Shown: positions 6,778 to 16,767 of the stretch, piece by piece
Layout: every line of letters starts with the position of its first letter
Numbering within the stretch: position 1 is the stretch's first letter
From: an uncultured Acidimicrobiia bacterium
GTDB lineage: Bacteria > Actinomycetota > Acidimicrobiia > IMCC26256 > CALEDW01
Direction: 5' to 3'
DNA length: 38,784 nt
Assembly (NCBI GenBank): GCA_937949585.1
Contig: CALEDW010000003.1
Coordinates: 1-38,784 of the forward strand
Position numbers and translations under genes: made by a program
The notes under the pieces: generated by a model
Seen by the model: the letters and a program-made list of their open reading frames with translations, nothing else
The model's database searches: none
What the model was told of the DNA's origin: nothing

Positions 6778-8583
6778 TCACCAGCTCAGCTCGACGCTCA
6801 CCACGCCCTGACCCAACGGCGCCAGGGCCCGGAACACGTCGGGTGACAGGTCGACGATGTGCCCGGTCCACGCCTGGGGCCCGCGGTCGGCGACCCGGCA
6901 GCGGGCGACGGCCCCGGTGCGGGGGTTGCGCAGCGTCACGACGGTACCGAAGGGGAGGGTGAGGTGCGCGCACGTGCCGGCGGGCGCCGCGTACCACGTG
7001 GCGGTGCCCCGGGCCCGGACCGGGGCACCGGGCGCCGGCCGGGCCGGTGCCGGGGGTGCGCTGCGACGGGTACCGCGGGCCACGACCCGCGCCACCGGTG
7101 GGCTGAGGGTGGCCTCTCGGACGAGCGTCCGCCCGACTTCACGGCCGTCGCGCAGCTGGAGCCGGTAGGTGTGGGCCGCCCGGCCGGGAGCGCCGGCCTG
7201 CACGACGCGGGTCTGGCCGGCGATCAGCGTGGGATCGTCTCGGGTCACGACGGGGACGGGGAGCGCGACCTCCTCGGTGCGCTCCTCGTAGGTGATGCGG
7301 TGCACGGCCACGGCCAGCCCGTCGGTGAGCGGCGTGTCCGGGGCGGGCACCACCTCGTCGTCGGGTCCGACGCGCACCCCGGCTGCGGCGAGCGCGCCGG
7401 AGACGTCGCGGGCGGTGGTGCGCAGCTCTCGGGTGGCACCGTCGACACTCAGGCTGACCCGGTGCGGGGTCCGCCACACGACCCGACCGCCGGGCCGGAG
7501 GCGCCCACCGCCGCCGACCAGGGCCAGCGCGGCCGGGAGCTGCAGCTCGCGGCGCAGTTCGGCGGCGGTTCGCGCCGCGGTGCGGACCCGGCGCGCCACC
7601 CCGTCGACGACGACCGTCACCGGGACGGCCCGCCGCACCCGCACGACCGTGCCCGACCGCAGGCGCTGCCCCGGCGCGGGGGTCACCCGGTCGCCGGGGC
7701 CGAGGCGCACCCCGGCCTCGGCGAGCAGGGCACCGACCGTCGGGGCCCGGCTGGTGAGGCTGCGCTCGGTCCCGTCGGCACGGACCGTCGCCGACCGCAG
7801 TGGCTGCACGGGGCCGGCGAGGGCGGGGATCCCGATCGCCAGCAGCACCACCCCCAGCGCCGCCGCGCTCAGCCGGGCGAGCGGGTTCGACCGTCCCGGT
7901 GAGGGGGCGGCACCGGCCCCACCCGGGACGGCTTCCACCACGGTGGTTGCGCCCGCCCCCGGCGTCCCGATCGCCCCGAGCCCCGAGAAGGGGGCCACCG
8001 GCCCGACGTCGCCGGCCGGGGCCGGCGCTGCGGGTGCGCGGTCCGGTCCGGTCCCCGGGGTGGCGGCCGGTGGGTGCAGGAGGCTGCGCGCCGACGGGCC
8101 CGGCGGTATCGGGCCGGGGCCCGGTCCGGCGCCGGGGACGGTGGCCGGGGTCCGGCCCGGTGGTGCGTCGGGGCCGGCGCCCGGTGGTGCGTCGGGGCCG
8201 GCGCCCGGCGACGCGACCGCCGCCGGGTCCAGCAGGCTCCGCAACTCGGCGTCGAGGTCGGCGCTGACCTGCGCCACGGGCAGCCAGGCACCCGGCTCGG
8301 GCGCCGCGGCCCGGGCCGGTGAGGGACGCACGGCGCGCACGATGCGGTGGCGCGTGCGGGGATCGGTGTGGGCGGCCCGTGGTGCGTGGCGCAGGGGCCG
8401 CCGCGTGAGGTGGTCGCTGATGTCCTCCGCCTCCCGGTCGTCCGGCCGCTCCCGGCGCGCGTCGAGAAAGGCACCGATGGAGCGGGAACGCCCGGACCGT
8501 ACCGACCGGTTCCGGGCCCGGCAACCCCTTTTCCAGATTCTCCCAGCCAGGTGGGCGTCGGCGCAGGTCAGCGGCCCCGTCAC
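6778..8583 (-). CDS. YabE/RpfB-like cell-wall protein: disordered N-terminus, TM segment, three DUF348 repeats, G5 domain, C-terminal RlpA-like double-psi beta-barrel domain; start uncertain
   Basis: TM segment LSAAALGVVLLAIGIPALAG. Repeated VxVDG...(R/T)T.A.TV..LL....V motifs. G5-like EEVALPVPVVTRDDPTLIAGQTRVVQAGAPG. C-terminus GTATWYAAPAGTCAHLTLPFGTVVTLRNPRTGAVARCRVADRGP...IVDLSPDVF. It sits in the tatD-X-rsmA slot. Confidence 0.8.
   Translation of the reverse strand: MTGPLTCADAHLAGRIWKRGCRARNRSVRSGRSRSIGAFLDARRERPDDREAEDISDHLTRRPLRHAPRAAHTDPRTRHRIVRAVRPSPARAAAPEPGAWLPVAQVSADLDAELRSLLDPAAVASPGAGPDAPPGAGPDAPPGRTPATVPGAGPGPGPIPPGPSARSLLHPPAATPGTGPDRAPAAPAPAGDVGPVAPFSGLGAIGTPGAGATTVVEAVPGGAGAAPSPGRSNPLARLSAAALGVVLLAIGIPALAGPVQPLRSATVRADGTERSLTSRAPTVGALLAEAGVRLGPGDRVTPAPGQRLRSGTVVRVRRAVPVTVVVDGVARRVRTAARTAAELRRELQLPAALALVGGGGRLRPGGRVVWRTPHRVSLSVDGATRELRTTARDVSGALAAAGVRVGPDDEVVPAPDTPLTDGLAVAVHRITYEERTEEVALPVPVVTRDDPTLIAGQTRVVQAGAPGRAAHTYRLQLRDGREVGRTLVREATLSPPVARVVARGTRRSAPPAPARPAPGAPVRARGTATWYAAPAGTCAHLTLPFGTVVTLRNPRTGAVARCRVADRGPQAWTGHIVDLSPDVFRALAPLGQGVVSVELSW
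8156..8209. repeat. 24-nt in-frame tandem repeat (cccggtggtgcgtcggggccggcg x2 plus a partial copy) encoding GAGPDAPP x2
   Basis: Read directly; lies inside the disordered N-terminal region of the YabE/RpfB-like CDS. Confidence 0.9.
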
Positions 8584-8597
8584 CGGTCGGGCCCGGG

Positions 8598-9352
8598 TCA
8601 GGGACCGAACACCGCCGCCGTGGCCGCCCGTGCACCCAGCGCGACCTCCTCGACCGGGCGCCCGGCGGCCGCCGCGACCCCCTCCCCCACCCGCGGGAGG
8701 AACGCGGGCTCGTTCCGGCGGCCCCGGTGAGGGACGGGGGCGAGGAAGGGAGCGTCGGTCTCGACGAGGGTCCGACCGGCCGGGGTGGCGGCCGCCGCGG
8801 CCCGCACCGCATCGGCACCCCGGAAGGTGACGATCCCGCTGAAGGACAGGAACGCCCCCAGACCCAGGGCACGGCGCGCCTCGACGGGACCGCCGGTGAA
8901 GCAGTGGAACACCATCCGCTCGGGTGGCCCCTCGCGCTCGAGCACGGCGAAGGTCTCCTCCCAGGCGTCGCGGCAGTGGATCACCAACGCCAGCCCCAGC
9001 CGTTTCGCCAGCCGCAGGTGGGCGACGAACGACCGCTCCTGATCCGGTGGGGGAGAGTGCCGGTAGTGGAGGTCGAAGCCGGTCTCACCGATCCCGACCA
9101 CCCCCGGCGCCTCGGCCAGGGCCAGCAGCGGTTCCCACTGCGCATCGAGGTGTCGGGCCTCGTGGGGGTGGAGCCCGACCGTGGGACGCACCGACGGGTG
9201 CGCCGCGGCCAGCTCGAGCGCCGCCGCCGAGGTGGTCAGGTCGGTGCCCACGCAGACGGCCTGCTCCACCCCGGCCGCCCGGGCCCGCCCGAGCACCGCC
9301 TCCGGCGGCTCGTCGAGCATCTGGAGGTGGCAGTGGCTGTCGACCCAGGCCG

Positions 9353-9356
<4 letters not shown>
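8598..9356 (-). CDS. tatD: TatD-family metal-dependent DNase/hydrolase
   Basis: VTAWVDSHCHLQ...VGLHPHEA...GETGFDLHY...VIHCRDA. GTG 9356 overlaps the metG stop (GTGA). Confidence 0.9.
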
Positions 9357-10885
<1,529 letters not shown>

Positions 10886-10890
10886 GGGCC

Positions 10891-10897
10891 TACCATA
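10891..10897. promoter_or_regulatory. Overlapping divergent -10 boxes: TACCAT (+, 10891-10896) for the abrB-like gene and TATGGT (-, 10897-10892) for metG
   Basis: Each hexamer matches TANNNT and sits exactly 6 nt upstream of its GTG start (10903 and 10885). Confidence 0.55.
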
Positions 10898-10902
10898 ACG
10901 AA

Positions 10903-11151
10903 GTGGTCTCTCGGGGCATCGCCCGCAAGATCGACGCCCTGGGGCGGGTGGTGATCCCGGCCGAGTTACGTCGCGACCTCGGTCTGGCGGTGGGGGACCT
11001 GGTGGAGATGTGGGGTGAGGCAGACCACCTCGTGCTGGCCCGGGTGCAGCAACGATGCGTGATCGACGGGTCAACCGAAGAGCTCCGGGAGTTCCGGGGC
11101 AAGCTGGTGTGCGGCGACTGCGCCCGCCAGCTCAGCGGTGCGGGAGGCTGA
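10903..11151 (+). CDS. AbrB/MazE/SpoVT-family DNA-binding protein
   Basis: MVSRGIARKIDALGRVVIPAELRRDLGL.VGDLVEM is a SpoVT-AbrB swapped-hairpin N-terminus. The Cys-containing C-terminal tail is CVIDGSTEELREFRGKLVCGDC. It lies between metG and rsmI, as abrB does in Bacillus. Confidence 0.8.
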   Translation: MVSRGIARKIDALGRVVIPAELRRDLGLAVGDLVEMWGEADHLVLARVQQRCVIDGSTEELREFRGKLVCGDCARQLSGAGG

Positions 11152-11959
11152 GCGCCATCTCGTAGGCGGCGCGGCGCGAGATCCCGAGCGTGGTGGCGAC
11201 GTGCGTCGCCGCGTCCCGGCGGCTCATCCCGGCGTCCAACGCCTCCACGAGCGCGGCGCGCACCGTGCCGGTGTCGACCGACGGGCGGGGCGCGGCGTCG
11301 ACCACGATCACGTGCTCCCCCCGGGGTTCGGTCGGGCTCGTGGAGGCCAGCCCACCGAGGGTTCCCCGGCGCACCTCTTCGTGGAGCTTGGTGAGCTCGC
11401 GCACCACCACCGCCGGCCGGTCGGCCCCGCAGGCCGCGGCGAGCTCGGCCAGGGTCTCCGCCACCCGATCCGGCGCCTCGAAGCACACGAAGGGGCGCTC
11501 CTCGGCGGCCAGCGCCTCGATCCGGGCGCGGCGCGCCCCGCCGCGGCGGGGCAGGAAAACCTCGAAGGCGTAGCGGCGGCAGTCGAAACCCGAGATCGCC
11601 ACCGCGCCGATGAGCGCCGAGGGGCCCGGCACCACGCTCACGGGCAGGCCGGCGGCGGCGACCGCCCGCACCAGCCGGGCACCGGGGTCGCTGATGCCCG
11701 GGGTGCCGGCCTCGCTCACATAGGCGACCGTCCGCCCCGCCCGCACGTCGGCGACGACGCGGCGGGCGGCGGCCGCCTCGTTGTGCCCGTGCACGGCCCG
11801 CAGACGGCGCCCGGCGGGGATCCCGAGGTGGCTGAGCAAGGCCCGGGTGCGGCGGGTGTCCTCGCAGGCGACGACGTCGGCGTCGCGCAGCACCGCCGCG
11901 GCCCGGGGCGAGCAGTCCCCGAGGTTCCCGATCGGGGTGGCCACGAGGATCAACGGCAC
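11132..11959 (-). CDS. rsmI: 16S rRNA (cytidine1402-2'-O)-methyltransferase
   Basis: LILVATPIGNLGDCSPRA...ACEDTRRT...SEAGTPGISDPG. GTG 11959 overlaps the DUF192 gene end by 10 nt. Confidence 0.9.
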   Translation of the reverse strand: MPLILVATPIGNLGDCSPRAAAVLRDADVVACEDTRRTRALLSHLGIPAGRRLRAVHGHNEAAAARRVVADVRAGRTVAYVSEAGTPGISDPGARLVRAVAAAGLPVSVVPGPSALIGAVAISGFDCRRYAFEVFLPRRGGARRARIEALAAEERPFVCFEAPDRVAETLAELAAACGADRPAVVVRELTKLHEEVRRGTLGGLASTSPTEPRGEHVIVVDAAPRPSVDTGTVRAALVEALDAGMSRRDAATHVATTLGISRRAAYEMALSLPHR

Positions 11960-12285
11960 GCGCCGCGCACCTCGATGCGATCCCCTTCCCGCAGCCGCCA
12001 GCGTTCGAAGGCGCCGGCGGAGGCCTCGAGGGCCATCGTCGACCGCCAGACCACCGGCGAGATGCGCCAGGGCCGCAACGTCATGGTGCGCAGGACACGT
12101 CCCTCCCGGTCGCAGAACGCCACGTCGATCGGCACGCGCATCCCGAAGGTGTGGACCTGGCGGCAGGGACGGATGAGGAGCGCCCCTTCGACCGTCTCCC
12201 GCCCGAGCAGGCCCCGGTGGCGGTCGGCGAAACGCTCGGCCACCTCGACGGTGGCCAGCACGTCACCGTCTCGCACGAGCCACAT
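11950..12285 (-). CDS. DUF192 domain protein
   Basis: FADRHRGLLGRE...LLIRPCRQVHTFGMRVPIDVAFCDREGRV is a typical DUF192 pattern. It lies 6 nt downstream of the ychF-like stop. Confidence 0.75.
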   Translation of the reverse strand: MWLVRDGDVLATVEVAERFADRHRGLLGRETVEGALLIRPCRQVHTFGMRVPIDVAFCDREGRVLRTMTLRPWRISPVVWRSTMALEASAGAFERWRLREGDRIEVRGACR

Positions 12286-12291
12286 CGCCGC

Positions 12292-13308
12292 TCACACGTT
12301 GAACCGGATCTCGAGCACGTCCCCGTCGGCGACCCGGTAGTCCTTGCCCTCGACCCGCACCCGGCCCAGCTCCTTGGCCTTGGCCCAGGAGCCGATCTCG
12401 ACCAGCTCCTCCCAGGGGATCACCTCCGCCCGGATGAAGCCCCGCTGCAGGTCGGAGTGGATGACCCCGGCGCAGACCGGGGCGGTGGCCCCGGCCCGGA
12501 ACGTCCAGGCCCGGGTCTCCTTCTCCCCGGTGGTGAAGAACACCCGGCGGCCGAGCAGTGCCAGCGCGGCCCTGGCCAGTCGGGGCACGACGCTCTCGGC
12601 GACGCCGAGGTCGGCGAGCAGCTCGGCCCGTTCCGCCGGGGGTGCCCCGACGACGTCGGGATCGGCTTCGATCTCCACGCACACGGCCATCGCCTCCGGC
12701 CCGAACGGGGCGAGGACGCCCGGGTCGCCGAGCTGGTCGACCCCGACGTTCACCACCACCAGGCTCGGCGAATCGGTGAGGAGGAAGACCGGGGCCAGCA
12801 GGTCGCGCTGCTCGTCGGTGAGCCGGGAGCGGTTGATCGGCACACCGTCGGTGAGCACCGCCTCCGCGGCCTCGAGCGCCTCGATCTCGGCGGCCAGGGT
12901 CCGGTCACCTTTGGCGGCGCGGCGCTGCTTGGCCAGTCGTGCTTCCACCGACGCCAGGTCGGCGACGACGAGCTCTTCGGTGATCGCGTCACGCTCGGCG
13001 GCAGGGTCGCCGGTCGCCGCGTTCACCACCACGAGCAGGGCATCGGCGTTGCGCAGCGATCCCAGGAGGCGGCTGCCGAGCCCGGTGCCGGCCTCGGGTG
13101 ACAGCGGAGGGAGGTAGGCGATCTCGAAGGTGGCCGGCACCACCTTGCGCGACGACGACGTGCGGGCGAGGGCGTCGAGGCGCTCGTCGGGGACTTCCAC
13201 CACACCGAGCACCCGGTCGGCGGCTCCGGACACGTCGAGGCCGGTGAGAGCCCGGAAGAGCCCGTCGTGCCCGGAGCCGGCCAGCCCGACGCAGCCGAGA
13301 TGCTCCAC
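12292..13308 (-). CDS. ychF: YchF/OLA1-family protein with degenerate nucleotide-binding motifs and a conserved C-terminal TGS domain
   Basis: The C-terminus is canonical: FFTTGEKETRAWTFRAGATAPVCAGVIHSDLQRGFIRAEVI...GKDYRVADGDVLEIRFNV. The N-terminus reads MEHLGCVGLAGSGHDGLFRALTG where GLPNVGKSTLFNALT is expected. GTG 13308 is preceded by TACCCT-N6. Confidence 0.85.
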   Translation of the reverse strand: MEHLGCVGLAGSGHDGLFRALTGLDVSGAADRVLGVVEVPDERLDALARTSSSRKVVPATFEIAYLPPLSPEAGTGLGSRLLGSLRNADALLVVVNAATGDPAAERDAITEELVVADLASVEARLAKQRRAAKGDRTLAAEIEALEAAEAVLTDGVPINRSRLTDEQRDLLAPVFLLTDSPSLVVVNVGVDQLGDPGVLAPFGPEAMAVCVEIEADPDVVGAPPAERAELLADLGVAESVVPRLARAALALLGRRVFFTTGEKETRAWTFRAGATAPVCAGVIHSDLQRGFIRAEVIPWEELVEIGSWAKAKELGRVRVEGKDYRVADGDVLEIRFNV

Positions 13309-13363
13309 GGGCGCAGGGTACCGGGCGACCTGCCCCCGACCTCGAGCCCCGCAGGCCCGGGCC

Positions 13364-13430
13364 GGGGGAGGCGGGCCCGGCCGAGCGACATCGCCGAAGG
13401 CGCGAAGCGAGGACGGAGCCCGCCTCCCCC
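13364..13430 (-). terminator. Long hairpin (13-bp GC stem GGGGGAGGCGGGC / GCCCGCCTCCCCC, 41-nt loop) downstream of the hydrolase gene; possible terminator without a U-tract
   Basis: Inverted repeat 13364-13376 / 13418-13430, read directly. Confidence 0.35.
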
Positions 13431-13455
13431 AGTGCCACCCCGAGCGGGACGCGGA

Positions 13456-14355
13456 TCACGGCCAGGGCTCGAGGCGGCGCAGGTAATCGAGCATCGCGGC
13501 GGTGGTCTCGGCCGGGCGTTCCTGCTGGGTCCAGTGGCCGCAGTCCTCGATCAGCACGCGGGTGAGGTTCGGCACCCGCGCCTCCATCCCGTCGGCCATC
13601 TCGGGACGCAGCACCGGGTCGCCTGCTGCGCAGACCATCAGGCACGGGACCTCGATGCGCCGCTCGGCGATGTCGGCGGCCAGCTCCCAGGACCGGTCGA
13701 GGTTGCGGTAGTAGTCGATCGGTGGGGTGAGCGCGCCGAGGGGCCGGAACGCCTCGGCGTAGACGGCGAGGTCCGCATCGGTGAATGCCTCCCGGTGCAC
13801 GGTGGCCGCGCCCCGGAAGATGAGCTCGACGAAGTCGTCGGCGCCCCGGCCCCACGAGAACACCCACTCGGCGACGCCGGGGTCCTGGAACTGCACGATG
13901 TAGGGCGGGGTGTCGCCGAAGAGGCGCCGCATGAGCTGCACGGGCGGGACCGGGGTGCGGGGCAGGTCGGGTGTGTTCAGGCCGATCACCCCGGCACAGC
14001 GATGCGGGTGGCGGCGGGCGAACGGCCAGACGAGCAGCCCGCCCCAGTCGTGCCCGGCGAGCACCGCCCGTTGGTGGCCGAGTGCGGGGATCAGCTCGGC
14101 GAGGCAGCGGTTGACCCACTCGACGTCGTAGGCGACGTCGGGCTTGTCGGACCGCCCGTAGCCGGGCAGGTCGAGCGCGACCGCCCGGAACCCCGCCTCG
14201 GCGAGCGGGGCGAGTTGGTGCCGCCAGGAGTACCAGAGCTCCGGCCAGCCGTGGCAGAGCAGCACGAGCGGGCCGTGGCCCATCTCGACCGAGTAGAGGC
14301 GGATCCCGTTCGCCACCGTGTACCGCTCGGTCGCGCCCGCGGGGACGGCGCTCAC
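13456..14355 (-). CDS. Alpha/beta hydrolase, epoxide-hydrolase-like
   Basis: This is the C-terminal 299 aa of the 13456..16506 ORF. Motifs: HGWPELWYSWRHQ (HGWP oxyanion motif), GHDWGG (Asp nucleophile elbow), DCGHWTQQE. GTG 14355 overlaps the upstream stop (GTGA). Confidence 0.85.
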   Translation of the reverse strand: MSAVPAGATERYTVANGIRLYSVEMGHGPLVLLCHGWPELWYSWRHQLAPLAEAGFRAVALDLPGYGRSDKPDVAYDVEWVNRCLAELIPALGHQRAVLAGHDWGGLLVWPFARRHPHRCAGVIGLNTPDLPRTPVPPVQLMRRLFGDTPPYIVQFQDPGVAEWVFSWGRGADDFVELIFRGAATVHREAFTDADLAVYAEAFRPLGALTPPIDYYRNLDRSWELAADIAERRIEVPCLMVCAAGDPVLRPEMADGMEARVPNLTRVLIEDCGHWTQQERPAETTAAMLDYLRRLEPWP

Positions 14356-15125
14356 GGCACCCGCACCGCCGTGGGAGTCCCGAAGCGCGCCGCCACCCGA
14401 CGTTTCAACTCGGCGAGCCCGCCCGCCCGCAGGGCCCGCTGCTCGGCGGCCAGCGACCGGGTGGCCTCGGGATCGCCGGCGAAGGCCCGACCGCAGGCCC
14501 GGGGATCGAGGTTGGCGAGCGCCAGGATCGCTCCTGCCGCCCCGGCGAGGCCGGCGAGCGGGACGAGCGATGTGGCCCCCACGTAGAGGGCGCCGGGGAA
14601 GGTGGCCACCTCCTCGAGGAGCCGGTCGGCGTCGCCGCCGGAATCCTTGCAGCCCGCGACCGGCAGCTCGGCGAGGCACCCGACGGGGATCCCCGGCGGG
14701 GAGACGGCCGGGAAGTGGTAGGCGAGCACGGGCGCGGGCCCGGCGGTCTCGGCCACCGCCGCATAGTACGGACGCACGTCGGCGGCCCGCGGCGGCGAGA
14801 GCACCATCACCCCGTCGGCACCGGCGTCGATCGCGTCGACGGTCAGGCGCACGGCCTGCCGGGTGGAGGGCGCCCCGGTCCCGGCCAACACCGGCACCGT
14901 CGGCGGCACCGCCCTGCGCACCTCCCGCACGAGCCTCCGGCGCTCGTCCGCCTCGAGGGTGGCCGCCTCTCCGGTGGTGCCCGCGACGACCACGCCGGTC
15001 ACACCCTCGTCGCAGAGCCGGACCGCCAGGGCGGCGGTGGCGCCGGCGTCGAGATCGCCGTGCTCGTCGAAGCAGGTGAGCAGGGCGACGCCGATTCCCG
15101 CGAACGGCGGCGATGTCCCGGCCAC
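14352..15125 (-). CDS. Dihydrodipicolinate synthase/N-acetylneuraminate lyase family protein (short form)
   Basis: GVVVAGTTGEAATL..ER and the candidate Schiff-base Lys in VAGCKDSGGD. GTG 15125 is preceded by TAGGTT-N6. Confidence 0.75.
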   Translation of the reverse strand: MAGTSPPFAGIGVALLTCFDEHGDLDAGATAALAVRLCDEGVTGVVVAGTTGEAATLEADERRRLVREVRRAVPPTVPVLAGTGAPSTRQAVRLTVDAIDAGADGVMVLSPPRAADVRPYYAAVAETAGPAPVLAYHFPAVSPPGIPVGCLAELPVAGCKDSGGDADRLLEEVATFPGALYVGATSLVPLAGLAGAAGAILALANLDPRACGRAFAGDPEATRSLAAEQRALRAGGLAELKRRVAARFGTPTAVRVP

Positions 15126-15331
15126 CGGAGGAACCTAGCAACGGCGCCACCCGGCGGGGCGGCCCGGTCCGGGCCGTCGAGCGGGGGCGCCGCCAACAGC
15201 GCTGAGGCGCGCAGCGGCCCGGGACGGGAGCACCGGCCGTCGGTACACTCGCCGCGGAGCCGCCGGAGCGGACCGTCGGCTCCCCGCCGGTCGGGCGGCC
15301 GGGCGGGTGTCGAGGCGTCAAGGGGGGCGCG

Positions 15332-16726
15332 ATGCGCAGGGACGCCGAGCGGTTCGACCTCCACATGAGCGACAGCGATGCCCTCATGTGGAACATCGAG
15401 AAGGACCCGATGCTGCGCTCGACGATCGTGGCGGTGTTCCTCCTCGACCGCCCACCTGACTGGGAGCGCCTCACCGGCCGGATCGAGCGGGGCACCTGGC
15501 TGATCCCCCGCATGCGCCAGCGGGTCGTCACCCCGGTGTTGCGCCTCGGGCCGCCGTTCTGGTCGGCCGACCCGTGCTTCGACCTGCGGTACCACCTCCG
15601 CCGGGTCCGGGCCCCCGAGCCGAGCTTCGACGCGGTGCTCGACCTCGCCGCCACCGCCGCGATGGCCGGGTTCGACCGGGCCCGGCCGCTGTGGGAGTAC
15701 ACGGTGGTGGAGGGGTTACCCAACGACCAGGCCGCGATGGTGCTGAAGGTCCACCACTCCCTCACCGACGGGGTCGGCGGGATGCGGCTGCTGCTCATGC
15801 TCATGGACTTCGAGCGCGACGCCGGTCCTCCCGAAGCCCTCGAGGCGGTTGAGGCCCCACCGTGCTTCTCCCCCTTCGACCTGGTGCTGGCCTCGCTGGG
15901 GCACCGGCAACGCCGCGCGCTGGGTATCGCCCGGCGGACCGTGGCGGACACCCTGGGTGCGGTGACGACGATGGTCAGCCGACCCGCGGAGGCGGTGCAG
16001 GCGACGCTGCGGACCCTGGAGTCGGTGGTCGAGTTCCTGGCCCCGGCCACGACCCCTTGCTCTCCCCTGTGGAGGGCCCGATCGCTGAGCCGCCGGATCG
16101 GCACCCTGGAGGTGCCGCTCGACGACCTGCGGGCGTCGGCCAAGCGGGTCGGCGGCTCGCTCAACGACGCGTTCGTCGCTGCAGTGCTCGGAGGCCTGGC
16201 CCGATACCACGAGTTCCACGGCGAGCCGACCGAACAGCTGCGGATGGTGATGCCGATCAACGTGCGCGGTGAGGGGGCGTCGCTGGGGGGCAACCACTTC
16301 ACCCCCGCCCGCTTCCTCGTCCCACTCGGCATCAAGGACCCGGTCGAACGCATGCGGGAGGTCGGCCGGCTCGTGCGACACGTGCGCGCCCAGCCTGCGG
16401 TGCGCCTCACCGACGCGCTCGCCGGGGTGCTGAACCAGCTGCCGACCTCGGTGACCACCAGCCTGTTCGGCGCGATGCTCAAGGGGGCCGACGTCATCAC
16501 CTCCAACGTCCCCGGGTCGCCGGTCCCGCTCTACATCGCCGGCTCGGAGGTGCAGCGCATGTGGGCGATCGGGCCGCTGTCGGGCGCGGCCGTGAACGTG
16601 GTGCTGCTGTCCCACGACGGCACCTGCTGCATCGGGGTGAACAGCGACGCGGTGGCGGTGCCCGACATCGAGACGCTGCTGCGCTGCCTGGAGGAGGGCT
16701 TTGAGGAGGTCCTCGCCGCAGGGTGA
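15332..16726 (+). CDS. Wax ester synthase/diacylglycerol acyltransferase (WS/DGAT) family
   Basis: HHSLTDGVGG (HHxxxDG active-site motif) and C-terminal NVPGSPVPLYIAG. SD AAGGGGGG lies upstream. Candidate -10 TACACT at 15244-15249. Confidence 0.88.
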   Translation: MRRDAERFDLHMSDSDALMWNIEKDPMLRSTIVAVFLLDRPPDWERLTGRIERGTWLIPRMRQRVVTPVLRLGPPFWSADPCFDLRYHLRRVRAPEPSFDAVLDLAATAAMAGFDRARPLWEYTVVEGLPNDQAAMVLKVHHSLTDGVGGMRLLLMLMDFERDAGPPEALEAVEAPPCFSPFDLVLASLGHRQRRALGIARRTVADTLGAVTTMVSRPAEAVQATLRTLESVVEFLAPATTPCSPLWRARSLSRRIGTLEVPLDDLRASAKRVGGSLNDAFVAAVLGGLARYHEFHGEPTEQLRMVMPINVRGEGASLGGNHFTPARFLVPLGIKDPVERMREVGRLVRHVRAQPAVRLTDALAGVLNQLPTSVTTSLFGAMLKGADVITSNVPGSPVPLYIAGSEVQRMWAIGPLSGAAVNVVLLSHDGTCCIGVNSDAVAVPDIETLLRCLEEGFEEVLAAG

Positions 16727-16767
16727 GGCCGACCCGGGCGACCGGTCCGCCCGTAGGCTGCCGGGCG

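Noticed and set aside
8440-8597. ydaO (c-di-AMP) riboswitch upstream of the Rpf-like gene
   Set aside because: The conserved ydaO elements are not visible (GGGGA..CC, CCCGA.CCG.CAGCU.ACCUCG). The region is also inside a frame with reasonable coding bias.
10903-11151. AbrB/MazE-fold gene as the antitoxin of a toxin-antitoxin pair
   Set aside because: There is no adjacent toxin ORF. The downstream neighbour is the convergent rsmI, and the position matches the conserved abrB slot next to metG.
13456-16506. 1016-aa minus-strand ORF
   Set aside because: Only the last 299 codons (from GTG 14355) form the epoxide-hydrolase-like protein. The rest is antisense or out of frame to the DapA-family and WS/DGAT genes and is Arg/Ser/Pro-rich.
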